A stretch of DNA of 63,930 bases, the filler included, from Phoronis australis (Eukaryota > Animalia > Phoronida): assembly GCA_002633005.1 (NCBI GenBank). It is 3 parts of 3 records of this genome, joined end to end, with 100 filler letters (N's around TTAATTAATTAA, not from the genome) between each part and the next. Parts side by side here need not be neighbours in the genome. Positions count along the whole stretch, not along the records: positions 1 to 30,962 come from NMRA01000195.1; 2 more parts are not named here. The stretch is one strand, 5' to 3'. The notes under the pieces were generated by a model. That model ran no database searches, was not told where the DNA came from, and saw nothing but the letters and a program-made list of their open reading frames with translations. Numbering within the stretch: the first letter of the stretch is position 1; the number at the start of each line of letters is the position of its first letter. This document shows positions 13,911 to 25,762 of the stretch, in pieces. Position numbers and translations under genes: made by a program.

Positions 13911-15486
13911 CAAAAATTTCAATACAATATTTTTATACATTTCAACACCAAGCATGCTGCTATTTTAGGCATGTGAATCTGTGGCTAGTAGGTATGAACA
14001 TTTTTGGAAGTATCCTTCATAAGAGGTGACTGTCTATCCAAAAGAGTCAGTTTTGTACACTTTAATTTGCAAATGTCTATAATTATGGAAGATCCACAAC
14101 ACCGCTTGTATTATTTACCTGCAGGACAAGTCTTGCAAGCCCCCTGGGCAGGCTCACCTTGGTATGAGCCAGAAGGACAGAAGGTCTGACTAGGGCTACC
14201 AGCCTCACAGTAGTGGCCGGGCTCACATGCGAATGGGTTGGATATATTCTGACCAGTAGGGCAGTAGTAACCTGGAATAATAACATGACTTAACAGAGCC
14301 TGTTTTAAAACAATCAAGCAAAATATTTCTTGTCAGCAAAAACCAGCAAATATTCACAAAAAAAGTTTGAAAAATTCTCTTCTGAACAACAGCCAGGTAT
14401 CTTCCGATTTCTATTCTCTGTTGCTTATTGGGTGATAATTAACAAGTGGACAGTTTCGTCATTATTTGATTAGTTTACATTGAAATTGTAGTATAACTTT
14501 CCTTTCATTAAAGAATATACCATAATCTTACTTAGCGAGAATACAAAATTGCAGAGGTATACAATTGTGCGACTTGAACATAGTATGACTGGACCATGGA
14601 ATACATTTCACAACATTTTTCATCACTGTGTGTGTTAACTGAGTAAACACCATCTCCTATCCAGATTTATCAATCACTTACCCACGTCACAGAAACCTGT
14701 TGATTCAGTAAGGCCTGTTGAACCACAGTAGTAGGCTTCCTTGCATGCCGCCGTGCACTCTTCCATGACCTTTAACCCCATCTGGTTACTGTAGGTGCCT
14801 ACAGGACACTTGGGCTGGTTGCCTGTAGTGCCGTTGCCTGTTAAACCAAATAATACTTTAATGAGTCAGACACTTTGGAATTGAAGTGAAAAGCACATAG
14901 AACCTATGTTACCATTGGAAGTTAGGAGATTTCGGTGATTAATACTTCAAAAGTGTGCACATTACAAAACCATGCAATACACAAATTTATTTTTAAGTTG
15001 TCAAACCCGACAGGTGGAACAAGCTCCGTGTGGTCACTAGACATTCTCCAGAGTTTATGAGGTTCAAGTGTGTCATTATGCTACGCAACTCTATTGTTAG
15101 AAATATGAACATGACGTTGATCTATCTTAAATTTTGAGTTTAGTTCAGCTGAGATCAGTAATTGAATTAAGGCAACTGAATCAAAATGGTCACAACAGCG
15201 CAAGTTCATAGAGTTGCTAAACATCTCACCGCAGTATCGTCCAGGTGGACAGATGTTATCCATAATGCCATCAGTTGGGTCGCGTTGGTTGGAGCCTTTT
15301 GTGCAGTAGTAGCCAGCAGCACACTGGTCAGTCAGTGTTCCCAGACCTGGATATACAGCATAATGCATCAATAATAAAGGATGAAGAAGGCAACATAAAA
15401 AACATCTATATCAAAATAATACCGTAATTGTAATTCTATAATCAACTAATAAGGCTCCCTGACGGCCAAGACGATCACACCAAAGT

Positions 15487-15766
15487 TCCTGACCTCGTGT
15501 CCTGACACACGTCAAAAACGTCACATCTCTCTGATGTAGGGTGTTCTCGCGACGCACTTCAGCCTTGTGTTGATCTGCATACTATCATTCAGTGAGCTGT
15601 TTATTATGCTGCTCTATGGCAGACTCCTGACCTCGTGTCCTGACATACACGTCAAAAACGTCACATCTCTCTGATGTAGGGCGTTCTCGCGACGCATTTC
15701 AGCCTTGTGTTGATCTGCATACTATCATTCAGTGAGCTGTTTATTATGCTGCTCTATGGCAGACTC
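15487..15766. repeat. Near-perfect tandem duplication of ~139 bp
   Basis: tcctgacctcgtgtcctgaca...ctatggcagactc at 15487 and 15625, with few differences and no N at the junction. Confidence 0.9.
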
Positions 15767-18029
15767 TTGTCGAGGTAGAGTTGCCTTCCAAATCCCTTCC
15801 ATTTAATCATTTCCGCATTAAAAATTTTGACACCGTTACCCTAGCATTGGGAGCCCTGACTTCATGCCCTGTGATTTTCTGTGTTCTTCACTAATGCACC
15901 ATTACCAGCTAGTGATGATGAATACCAAGAAGTAATTTTTAGGAACCGATTGTCTTCCTAAATGAATTTATACAATCCATTACCCACTCACAAGCTATGC
16001 ACACTAACTATAAATCATTTTCAATTTAAAAATAATAATAATTGAAAAATAAACATGTTTAAAAATCAAAGTTTTTCAATAAAAAAGGGCATTCCCTCTC
16101 AAGCATTTTTGAGCACAAAGATTGCAGAGACAAAATGAACTTTCTTTATGATGGTGTTATCTAATGTAGAACAGACTGCATGCAGGCTGAAATCATAAGA
16201 AAACTGACACCACCTGAAATCTAAATCAGCAAATGCTTTGTTCATTGGTGACTCAGTTTTTAACAAAACAATTTTAAGAAGTTATTTTGGAAACCAGTGC
16301 TTCCTAACACACCATGCGTAGCACAGTAGTAGCCCTCCTGGCACAGCGTGGGTTCACTGGAGCCACGTGGGCAGTAGTAACCAGGTTGACACTCTCCTCC
16401 CGTCACGTTGCTTGGACTTAGACAGTCACCGGCCGTGTAGTTGTTGAAGTCAGTGGGCGTAGCTGACAGGCAGCATGAGCACAGACATAACCTGCAGGAG
16501 AAGTGCACTTTAAAGTTAAAACACTGTTGCAAAGACTCAAAAATCAAGCACCAGTAATAAAAGCTTAATCAACGCCATTTACAATCTTCTGATACTTTTG
16601 ACACTGCAGTTGAAACTTCCAATCATGATTTAATAAGCTACCTGAAGAACACAACTCACTCACTCATGAATGACCTGGCTTGCGGACCAGTAAACAAGTT
16701 CACACACTCACAAAACAAGGCTTATGCACCCAAAAACATGGCTCACTGACTCATATAACTTAACAATTAGGAGCAAGATTCAGCAAAGAGTCCGTGAGCC
16801 ATGTTTACAACCCAGGTGCCATGCTTTTCAGGAGCATAAGCCATTGTTTTGTGAGTGATGGGCCGTGTTTCTTTGTCAGTCAGTAAACTAAGCTTAAATG
16901 TCTTTGAGCTTTCTTCATGAGTGCGTGAGCCATTTAACAGGAGAGTTCACAGTTAAGTGTCACTAGCACTTTCTGCACAAATGCACAGTTAATGTGTTTG
17001 TGATTAACATCAATGAACGCTTAACTCATTCATTCCACTTTTTGTAAAAATACAAAAAAGTACATAGCAGCAAATATTAAGGCCAGACTCACCTGCATCA
17101 CATAAATCGGTTGGTAGGCCGAGTCCCTCAGAGCCACAATAGTATGAGCTGGGGCAGGGGGAGCAGTCATCCACTGACTGGCCCATGCTGTCATTCCTAC
17201 AGAAGCAAGGAGGCAAATATATCAATCAAAATGTTCAAGGTGAACACTCTTACCTTGGTAAGGTACGACACTTCACTCAGTTTCAACGAAAAGTGGGGAA
17301 TCTTAAAGCAATTCCTAAAAGTGGTGAGAACATTGTATAAATCATAGTATCTCAAAGTTCAACATCAATCGAATGAATCAGCCATTCTTGAGATATCATG
17401 TTCCAAAGTTAGCCAAGTTTGGACACTTTTCAAGGGCTCTACATAATATTAAGTGAACCCTGTGGTTTGTGGTGGATGATCATTCCACACAGCCATCAAC
17501 CAAACCTTAAGCATTAATCATGCTTCAAAAGGGGTCATTAAATATGTTCCCAAACTTGGAAAGGTTGCCAAGGGTTTCACACAAGACTTGCAATGCACCA
17601 CAATTTTGTAGAAAGACTGTCATAGGCTACAAATACGTCACAGAGCGTAAATTTGATGAATCCTAGCTTCCGATCATCAGTTCAGCTGAGATCAGGTCAG
17701 CTTATGGTGTGTTGTATTGGAAAATAATCTTAATAATTAAACGATAGACAATAACATTCATCCAGGTGAATAACAAGATGTGAAAAATCATGTCGTGAAC
17801 ACATCCACTACCACAAGAAACTGTAAGAACACCCCATTTATCCACCTTCACTCTTGAGGCTTCTATTGTGAGTCAGCATGCGTGAATAATTGGCTGATAA
17901 GCCACCTCTGGAACTACTTTTGGCTGAATGGATGACCAGACCATAAAATGATAATTAGCCAAGACCAGTTACTTTATGCAACAAAGAATAATGTCATAGC
18001 ATCACCTAGCCTTGATGGAAAGCTGTATA

Positions 18030-18560
18030 CTGTATTGGCTCTAATAAACGCTTATAAAAATTCATTTCACGGGGAGGGGACGCTTATTGTAGCCTACGGC
18101 AGTTGAAACCCGGTTTCCCAAACGGGTAAAATCGGAAGCTAGGATTCATCAAATTTACGCTCTGTGACGTATTTTTGGCTTATGGCAGTCTTTCTACAAA
18201 ATTGTGGTGCATTGCTATCAACTTCCGTTGTTAAATTACGATAATTTTTCAAAAAATTGTGCTCATCACAGGGCGAAAACTTGCTGACTGATGCGTCGCT
18301 GAATCGCGATCGTCAATAGGAAAACTTGAACTCTTGAATAAAAATATAGTTTCGACTCAACAAATTACCTGAAATCTTTCTTATGTTTTACAATTTTTAA
18401 AGTTCATGTGGAGTCCAGATTAATTGTGATTAAGTCCAAATCTGCACTACATCGTACCCCACAACACGAGAAAAATCTCTGGATGAACACACATGTTGTT
18501 GTCACGTGATGGTTGTTTTGAAGTTCATCTGCGTAATGAGAGTGAGTGCCGGAGCGTGTG
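18030..18560 (+). mobile_element. Second copy of the non-autonomous DNA-transposon family nested at ~3373-3890
   Basis: gtagcctacggcagtt..aggattcatcaaatttacgc..gggcgaaaacttg..gttgtcacgtga aligns visibly with 3400-3830. Confidence 0.75.
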
Positions 18561-19540
18561 CGGGTCATCGACGATAGACTTTTTTCTTACAAAAGGCGGA
18601 GGATTATGCAAGAAAATGGCATTTACTAGACTGTTTTTCATTTAAACGGCTGCAACGTGCAAGGTGAGTGCTGGTTAACTCACAGATTTTGTGTGCACAG
18701 GCCGACAGTCGTTAGCTCTACCGTGGAGTATTAATAGTCCAAGGCTCGATCTACATGTAGGGGACGAGGTGAACTACCCTGGCTGTGTGAAATTTATGGG
18801 TCTAACGGAGACACTGACGCAGTGGTCAGCCACCTCGCTGTATCAAGACTATAGTCAAAATCCAAATTCGTTTTATCGTGTCCCTGTCAATAATAACGGC
18901 ATGCTAAAGTTTCTTAATTTTCGTACTTCAGGAACACAACAATCACGTGTTTTGTACACATACGTGCATGCCGCAGATCACATCTCGGAAATTGCCGATT
19001 TGACGGATGATAATGAATAAGCACAATGAAGTTAAACAACGTTTTACAGCTTGTAAGATTCATAATAAACGTATTTTGAATAATGCAATGCATGTGTTCC
19101 AAAATCTAAATAACTTGGGTCCCATATTGTTGTATTCGTGCGCGCCGAATGAAAGTAATCGTGAGTGTTGGTGTGTTGCAAAATCTCTTATCCTGGGCCG
19201 ATTTGAAAAATTCAAAGTTGTACTCATATTTGTTTTCGCTCCTCTTTTCAAATAGTTCAGTAAAAGCTGCTTAAAACTCTCTCCATAAAAAGTACAGTCT
19301 GCTAGGTAGATTGTAATCAGCTGATCATATCCGCATTAGTGAAGCCAATTATCCTCGCTCGTGACTCGATGAATAGAGCAGCTTGGCGGCATCCCTTTGA
19401 TCGTGAGCCGAGCGCGACTCAGCCAAGGTGGATAAATACGGTCTAGTTCAATTTTCCAAATCCCACCGTTTACCTTGACAAGCAGGGTTAGGACCAATCT
19501 TATTTAGTGGGACTGTTTATAGCATGTATAATCAAAAGTT

Positions 19541-19695
19541 CACGCGGGACACTTGTTTGAGACACTGGACGTGATAGTAATGGTCAGAGAAAGTTCTTGG
19601 TTTGAGCAAAGTGTCAGAGATCCTATCTGGATTAAAGCCAAGAAACCCTAAGTGAACAAAAACGGAGAGATCAAAGTTAAGTTGTCTGACGCTCC
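19541..19695 (+). mobile_element. Penelope-like element remnant (GIY-YIG endonuclease C-terminus)
   Basis: Manual translation HAGHLFETLDVIVMVRESSWFEQSVRDPIWIKAKKP*VNKNGEIKVKLS matches the PLE pattern H.F...V.IL.RE..WF.R.VKEAI.I....P.LN..G.....LS. Confidence 0.7.
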
Positions 19696-19998
19696 GGAGC
19701 CTCCCAATTGTCTATGGACACCAGCAAAGGGAAACGAAATTTTTGCAGGAACCTGTCAGTCATCAATCCCCAATAGTTTCAGAAGTTTAGGTTTGGAATT
19801 TTTTGTATCTACTCCTAATGTTTTATTGCTGATATTAAGAAACCTCCAAACAACAAGAAACTTTATGATGATCAAAAATGTTCATTTCATTTTTTTGTTT
19901 TTATTGCAGCCGCTTCAACATAATTTACGCAGAAAACAAATAAGCCAACTAATTTCACAACTTTTGACCTGAAATCAACAAGCACAGAAACGTTAACG

Positions 19999-20151
19999 TT
20001 TACAAATGAATCACTTAACTCACCTGTTCCTTTACAAGTGAATCACTTAACTCACATGTTCCCTTACAAGTGAATCACTTAACTCACCTGTTCCTTTACA
20101 AGTGAATCACTTAACTCACCTGTTCCTTTACAAGTGAATCACTTAACTCAC
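19999..20151 (-). repeat. 32-bp tandem repeat (~4.7 copies) overlapping an exon's 5' splice site
   Basis: Unit gtgaatcacttaactcacctgttcctttacaa, starting at 20006, 20038, 20070, 20102 and 20134. Confidence 0.92.
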
Positions 20152-23100
20152 AGGAGCGTGAACACCAGCTTCACAGTAGTGACCAGCCGGGAAACTCTCA
20201 CAGTCACTGATACCTGTGATAGGAATTTAAGAACTTAGTAACATAATAACTACTTTTGTTGCAAACTATAAATCCTAAAAAGTACTGTTAAAGTACTAGA
20301 ATGCAGAATCAAGTGAACATCTACAGCAATTGTCAACAAATCAACTATACAACGGAATTCAAAAAGCCAGAATTCATTACAAATTTGAAGCTGAATTAAA
20401 TACACAGTAAATAATAACTGAAGTAAGGATGAATATCAACTACGATAGTAAGTACCCCCTGGATACGGGTTCTGCTTGTAGTCTCCAGTGGCTGTAGGGC
20501 AGAAGTGTCCGTCTGGACATCGTAAGTTTGTCCCTGGATATCCTGGCGTCCTGTCAGGACAGTAGAATCCTTGTGGACAATCTGTGCAGCCTTCAGCTTC
20601 TGATTTTGCACCAGTCATGTTTCCATATTTTCCAGCTGAGCAGGGTGTCTCCACTTTGCCATCAGTGCAATAATATCCCAGTCTGCATTCTGCTTAAGAT
20701 GGATTGGCTCTGGTGCTGCCAACAGGACATGAATAGCCAGGGTCACACGCCGTACACGCCATTGCCGACACATTAGTGTACTCACCAGCAGGACACAGTA
20801 CTGGTTTTTGGTTCTTCATCTTGCAATATGACCCAATGGGACATGGCAGACACGCTAAGTATCCAGCTAAGCTATAGTAGTTGTCAGCACAATCTGATCC
20901 TGTCTGGTTGTTCAATGGGCACTCTTTACCAGCTTCACAGAGAGTACAAGAAATGGCCACTGCCTCTGCGTAGTAGCCAGTCTGGTAGGAGATTGGGCGA
21001 GAGTAAATACTTGGACATTGGTAACCAGCTGGACACTCGGTGCAGGATGCTTGTCCACCGACACTGGAGTAGCCGGAGTTGCAGTTGGTCTCTGTGTTTT
21101 GGCAGGCATAACCATGGCGACATCGACTGCAGGTTGTGGCCTTGGCTTCAGAGTAGTAGCCAGGCTGACATGTGATCGTAGTGTTTGTGATAGTGCTTGG
21201 GCACCAAGAGCTAGCCGCACACGGTGTACACGCTTCCTGCAAGGCGGCCAATTGAGTAAAAGCCATAGAGACAAGGGGCATTCTGAAGACCAGTCTTCAC
21301 TGGACACTACCAGCCACATGGACACTCAGAACATTCAGATGCACCTTTGTATGAGAAGTGGCCAAATGGACATTCTATTTCAGTAGATGAGTTTATGTTT
21401 GGGCAGTAGTGACCAGCTGAGCATTCTGTGAAGGAAGCTTTACCTTCTTCAGCGAAAGATCCTGTAAGTGGACATTTGAAATGTAATTGACAATGGAAAC
21501 AGAATGTGAATGGAAAATCATCCTCCACTTGAGCCCATTAATGTACAAATCAACATGAGCCAATCAAAACCAAAATGAGCAACTTTTCTCAGAAGACTTG
21601 AAAAACATATTTTGCTCAATGATACCACCATATTATAGAGACAATATCAGTATAATAATTATCATTTTACTAGAAAAAGAGATATGTATGTGTTCAGAGT
21701 TTTGTTCACTCATGCTAACAATCAATTCTCAACCCATTTTCTTTTACTACAGTTTTACTTGAACATACTCACCTGGCTGACATGCCACTGCACTTCCTGT
21801 GATGGACGAACAAGCAAATCCAGCAGGGCACGTTTACGCACTCTGTCTGACCAGTTTTAGAGTACGATCCAGCTGAGCATTGCTGTGGACTGGATGTTTT
21901 TGTGGGGTACTCATAACCAGCAGGGCATGTGGTACAGGAAGACGCATTGCCCAGGGCATAAGAACCATTGTTGCACTCCGTGGCTGGCAGACTGTAATAA
22001 CGACAAAGAACGCATGAGTAAGAAAGCAATATTCAAGTGGATTTGCTCTGGCAATGGGGACATAAATCTGCTCTTTAATGGAATTTTGATGAGCAAAAAA
22101 AAAGTAAAGTAAATCAATGGCAATCTGAGACATTCTCATGAGAAACCAGTTAAACTCATTTATATTTTATCTCAACTGAATTAGTCTTACCTTGAATTTG
22201 TACATTCACAGCCAGCCGGACATTCTGTGCACGATAACTGACCAATGTTTCCATCAGTTGTGGTGCCACTGGGGCAGGCAACAGGTGCCTGATTGGTGAA
22301 TGGACACATGTGACCTAGGGGGCATGGTGTACATGAAGTAGCACTGCCCAGATGAACATGCAACAGGGGTGGAAGAGGAAATCTGACAGAAGGACCCAGC
22401 TGGACATGTGAGACAGGAAGTGCCACCCAGTAGACAAAAGACAAAAAATTCTGTCAAAGTCAAGGAACACGAATCAGATTTTTGAAAACTGACAAAAATT
22501 TGAGAACAACACCTAGTCTTGTCTGTACTTTGATCCTTAAACTTGAAATAATTTAGAGATCTTAAGTTCTTAGAATTGTTTAACTTATCATTATAGACAA
22601 GACGGCTTCAACAACAAAGAACAATCTACTACAATGTACTCAACGGCAAATTGTGTTTATCTTGGAAAATTCAGGAAAATCCTGGAAGCCAGCCGGGCAG
22701 ACAGAGCAAGAGACCTATAATTACCATAGTTTGGAAATTAATACTCTTTTGCATAAAAAACTTCCCCAAATAATTCACAACTACCTTGGCTGCTCACCCC
22801 AAATTTCCAGAAAAAAATTGCAGAAACACTGCAAGAATAATGTTTATTATTGTGTATAACTCCCAAGAAAGTAATTTAGAAATGAGACTTGAAAGCACAG
22901 TCAACTTGGGACCAATCACATAAAAAATTGGTCTATTATAAAGGTTTTATTTATCAATTAAGCAAGGACTCGCTGGGTTCAGCTAACAAGAAAGTTACGT
23001 ACAGCAGCTGCAAAGCTGTATTCTCCCGATGCACAAGCAACAGGATTGGTGAAAGGATCGGTACATCGTGAACCAGCAGGACAAAGTAGGCAGAAAGCTG

Positions 23101-23321
23101 AAGCAGGGCCGCTGTATGTTCCTGCAACAATAAAATTCAACTCAGCAGTTCAGATACATTTCTCGTTAAAATATTTCAGTGTGACAACGACAAACTGTCT
23201 TGGTTTTATGCTCTACCTTACAACTATCACAGGAACTTTGACCTGGACGTTGATACAGTTATGACATCAACATAATTAAAGACACATTCGTCGCACTAGT
23301 TTTTGGCCATGATAGTAACAG

Positions 23322-23501
23322 GAGAAAGTTGAAAATGAAAAGTGAGATGCGATTCATGATCCAAGTTGTCAACGTTTCAATTTATTGACATAAAACCATC
23401 ATCAGGAAGCAATGTCACTAACCAATGATGGTTTTATGTCAATGAATCGAAACGATACTTGGATCATAAATTGCGCCTCAGTTTTCATTTTCAACTTTCT
23501 C
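23322..23501. repeat. Fold-back (inverted repeat) element with degenerate hammerhead-like cores, Penelope-type terminal remnant
   Basis: ~80-bp inverted arms. The minus strand reads CCTGATGA-TGGTTTTATGTCAATAAATT-GAAACGTT. Confidence 0.6.
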
Positions 23502-24219
23502 ATTTGGTGCGATTCCAACATCGTATTTGCAAATCAACAGATACTTGGCAATATTCAACTGCACTAATTAGTTTGTGGAGTATAACGGGAGTGCAATGAA
23601 TGGTTGTCACAATAAATTATGTAAATTTCATAATTTAGAAAGAGACGTACAAACACATGCGTCTGGCATCTACAGTAACTATTTTTTCACTGAAAATATA
23701 GCATTCACCACTCAAAGTATATAAAACAACAAAACAGAATAAATTATTTCAAAAACAAAAAAAATCAAACAGAGCTCAATGTTTGATGAAATTACTGTTC
23801 AATGACGCCCTTAAGAGAAAAGACACAGTGAGACACACAACATCTGTAGTCAACCAAGACAGCTTCACACAGCGATCAGTATTTATCATAACAGCTCCAT
23901 ATTAGACGCTTGTCATCCCAGACCATACCTTGACTACAAGATATGCATGTACTGGACGCATAAGGGCTGTATGTCCCATTGGCACAGTCCTGGGGGAGCG
24001 TGATGTTGGCTCCATCGTAACACAACTGTCCTGCTGGACATGGGGAGCATGATGCGGCCATACTGTCACTGTAGTAACCATCAGCACACCTCTGTCAATC
24101 ACAGATCACATGACCAGAAGTTGGCTTGACAACTCCAACAGCAATTAGCAACAACAATTAAACATCAAAAAATACAAAAGCATAAATTAGTGAACGTAGA
24201 ACTAAGAAACACTCGGTAA

Positions 24220-25676
24220 TTTGTGTAGAGGTTGGAGGTTTCGTCGTCGGTGACAACCTCATTCACGGTTGTAGGTGGATACAGCTTTTCACCTGAAGCA
24301 CCCAAAATATTTTCAATTAAAATTTTCTGCATCCGTCTCATATTGCATGACACATTCACCATGTAAAAAATATAAAATATGTCTATAGCATTCCACCATT
24401 ATCACTCAGCAACAGCAAGATGTGAAAGCAACACTTAAGCCTGACCCATTGGCTCGGAAAACACAGTTCACCGATACACTGGTATGACTCAAACACTGTG
24501 TCGGACTCAAAAGACACTGCTGACGTAGCCAAAAATCATACAGCTGCTGGCTCACAGACAGGAAGTCCGTGCACTGTGTTTGTGAGTCTAGGAACCAGAC
24601 TATGAGTCAGTAAACTGAGTGAGTCATAATTATGGGTGAGGAACTTTGTTCATGCGTGTGCCAGAAGAACGTATTTCTTGCACACAAACCTACCTTCAAG
24701 AATATCTTGCAAAAGACAGACAATGGCATGCCCTGCCCAAGGACCGCTCCAGCTAATGTTGCCATGGTTATACTCCACATTAGCGCACAATAGGATAAGA
24801 TTCTCTAACTGCTCCTGTGTCATAGCCTCTGACTGATGGCTGGCTGAGTGGTCGTTGTGATCTTGGCAATCACCTTGCAACAACAATGAGACAATGCTTC
24901 AACTAAATAGACCAATACTTTTACAGAGTGTTCCTTCCTAAGGCAAACAGCGCCTAGCTTAATGGCAACTTCTACATGAATAATGACATGTGACGAGACC
25001 ACTGGTGCCCAGAACACATGATGACTGGACACTGGATCAGGCATGTAGCAACAACGTATTATAAACCACTGTTACAGCTCTGTAGTAATGTTACCAAGCA
25101 GCACTTCATGAACAAGACTTTCTACATTGTATATATGCTAGCTTAAACATCATGTCAAGTACAAGTAACTATGGTCATAATAAATATACTATGGTGATAA
25201 TAAAGTATAATTAACTATGGTAATAATAATAATACAGTTTCTGTATTATTAAAAAAAGTTGAGGAATTTCGTTGCCAAATTTATGGTAAAAAGCCAAGAA
25301 AAAAACGGCAAAACTACAGCACAAAATTAGCCCTAAATTTCTTCTCCGAATTTCTGCCAATTTTTGACAAGAAGATACGTTGTTAAACATTTTGGAAGAT
25401 ACTAAATTTTCGTTGCTAAAATTTGATTTGAAAACTACGTGACACTCCCTTTACCTTGCAAGCCACCAAGAAAAGATCCACATTACAAGAGAAATCCAAG
25501 GCCAGGACCAGCGCCACAAGTCCACGAATAACAGAGAGACACTTGTCGCGTGGCAGAACAATGCACAGATCAGGTAGGGGCTCTCCTTCACTGGCTGCAG
25601 AGTCGTCGCCATCTTTTGGCAGTTTACAGAGTAAATCTCCATCAGTGTGGTGAATCTGAATGATATCCTTAAGATG
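24220..25676 (-). pseudogene. BIRC6: Three-exon internal fragment of BIRC6/BRUCE
   Basis: Exons 25676-25455, 24873-24694 and 24292-~24220 splice in phase to ...SVIRGLVALVLALDFSCNVDLFLVACK|VIAKI...MTQEQLENLILLCANVEYNHGNISWSGPWAGHAIVCLLQDILE|GEKLYP. This matches my recollection of vertebrate BIRC6 (LEFTCHADLLLFVCKVLARI...QLERLLLLL..TDFNRGDISWGGAWAQYSLTCMLQDILAGE). One frameshift near 24830. Identification is from memory, not a search. Confidence 0.8.
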
Positions 25677-25762
25677 CTGTGGACGAGAACAAGTTGGGCA
25701 ACATTAAATTAAGATTAGTGAAAGAAAAAATGTTTCCCAACGATATCAAACCTTGGAATTAC

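Larger units (their letters stand above)
9313..24091 (-). pseudogene. Multi-exon internal fragment of a giant cysteine-repeat protein gene (GCC2/GCC3, ephrin-receptor-like CPxGxYC repeats), disabled
   Basis: Exons at about 24091-23929, 23121-23003, ~22428-22191, ~22001-21773, 21461-~20442, 20213-20152, 17196-17093, 16491-16313, 15346-15230, 14837-14682, 14271-14119, 12855-~12657 and 9562-9313. All encode CPxG(Y/H)YC / CxxCPAG repeats. Most junctions are GT-AG, and phases match from 17093 to 12855. Stops at 21307-21309 and 20694-20696, several frameshifts, lost cysteines and damaged splice sites. No start or stop exon found. Confidence 0.85.

Noticed and set aside
19999-20151. CRISPR-like appearance of 32-bp repeats (also 6470-6685, 13745-13910)
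   Set aside because: The units are head-to-tail with no unique spacers, there are no cas genes, and the context is eukaryotic.
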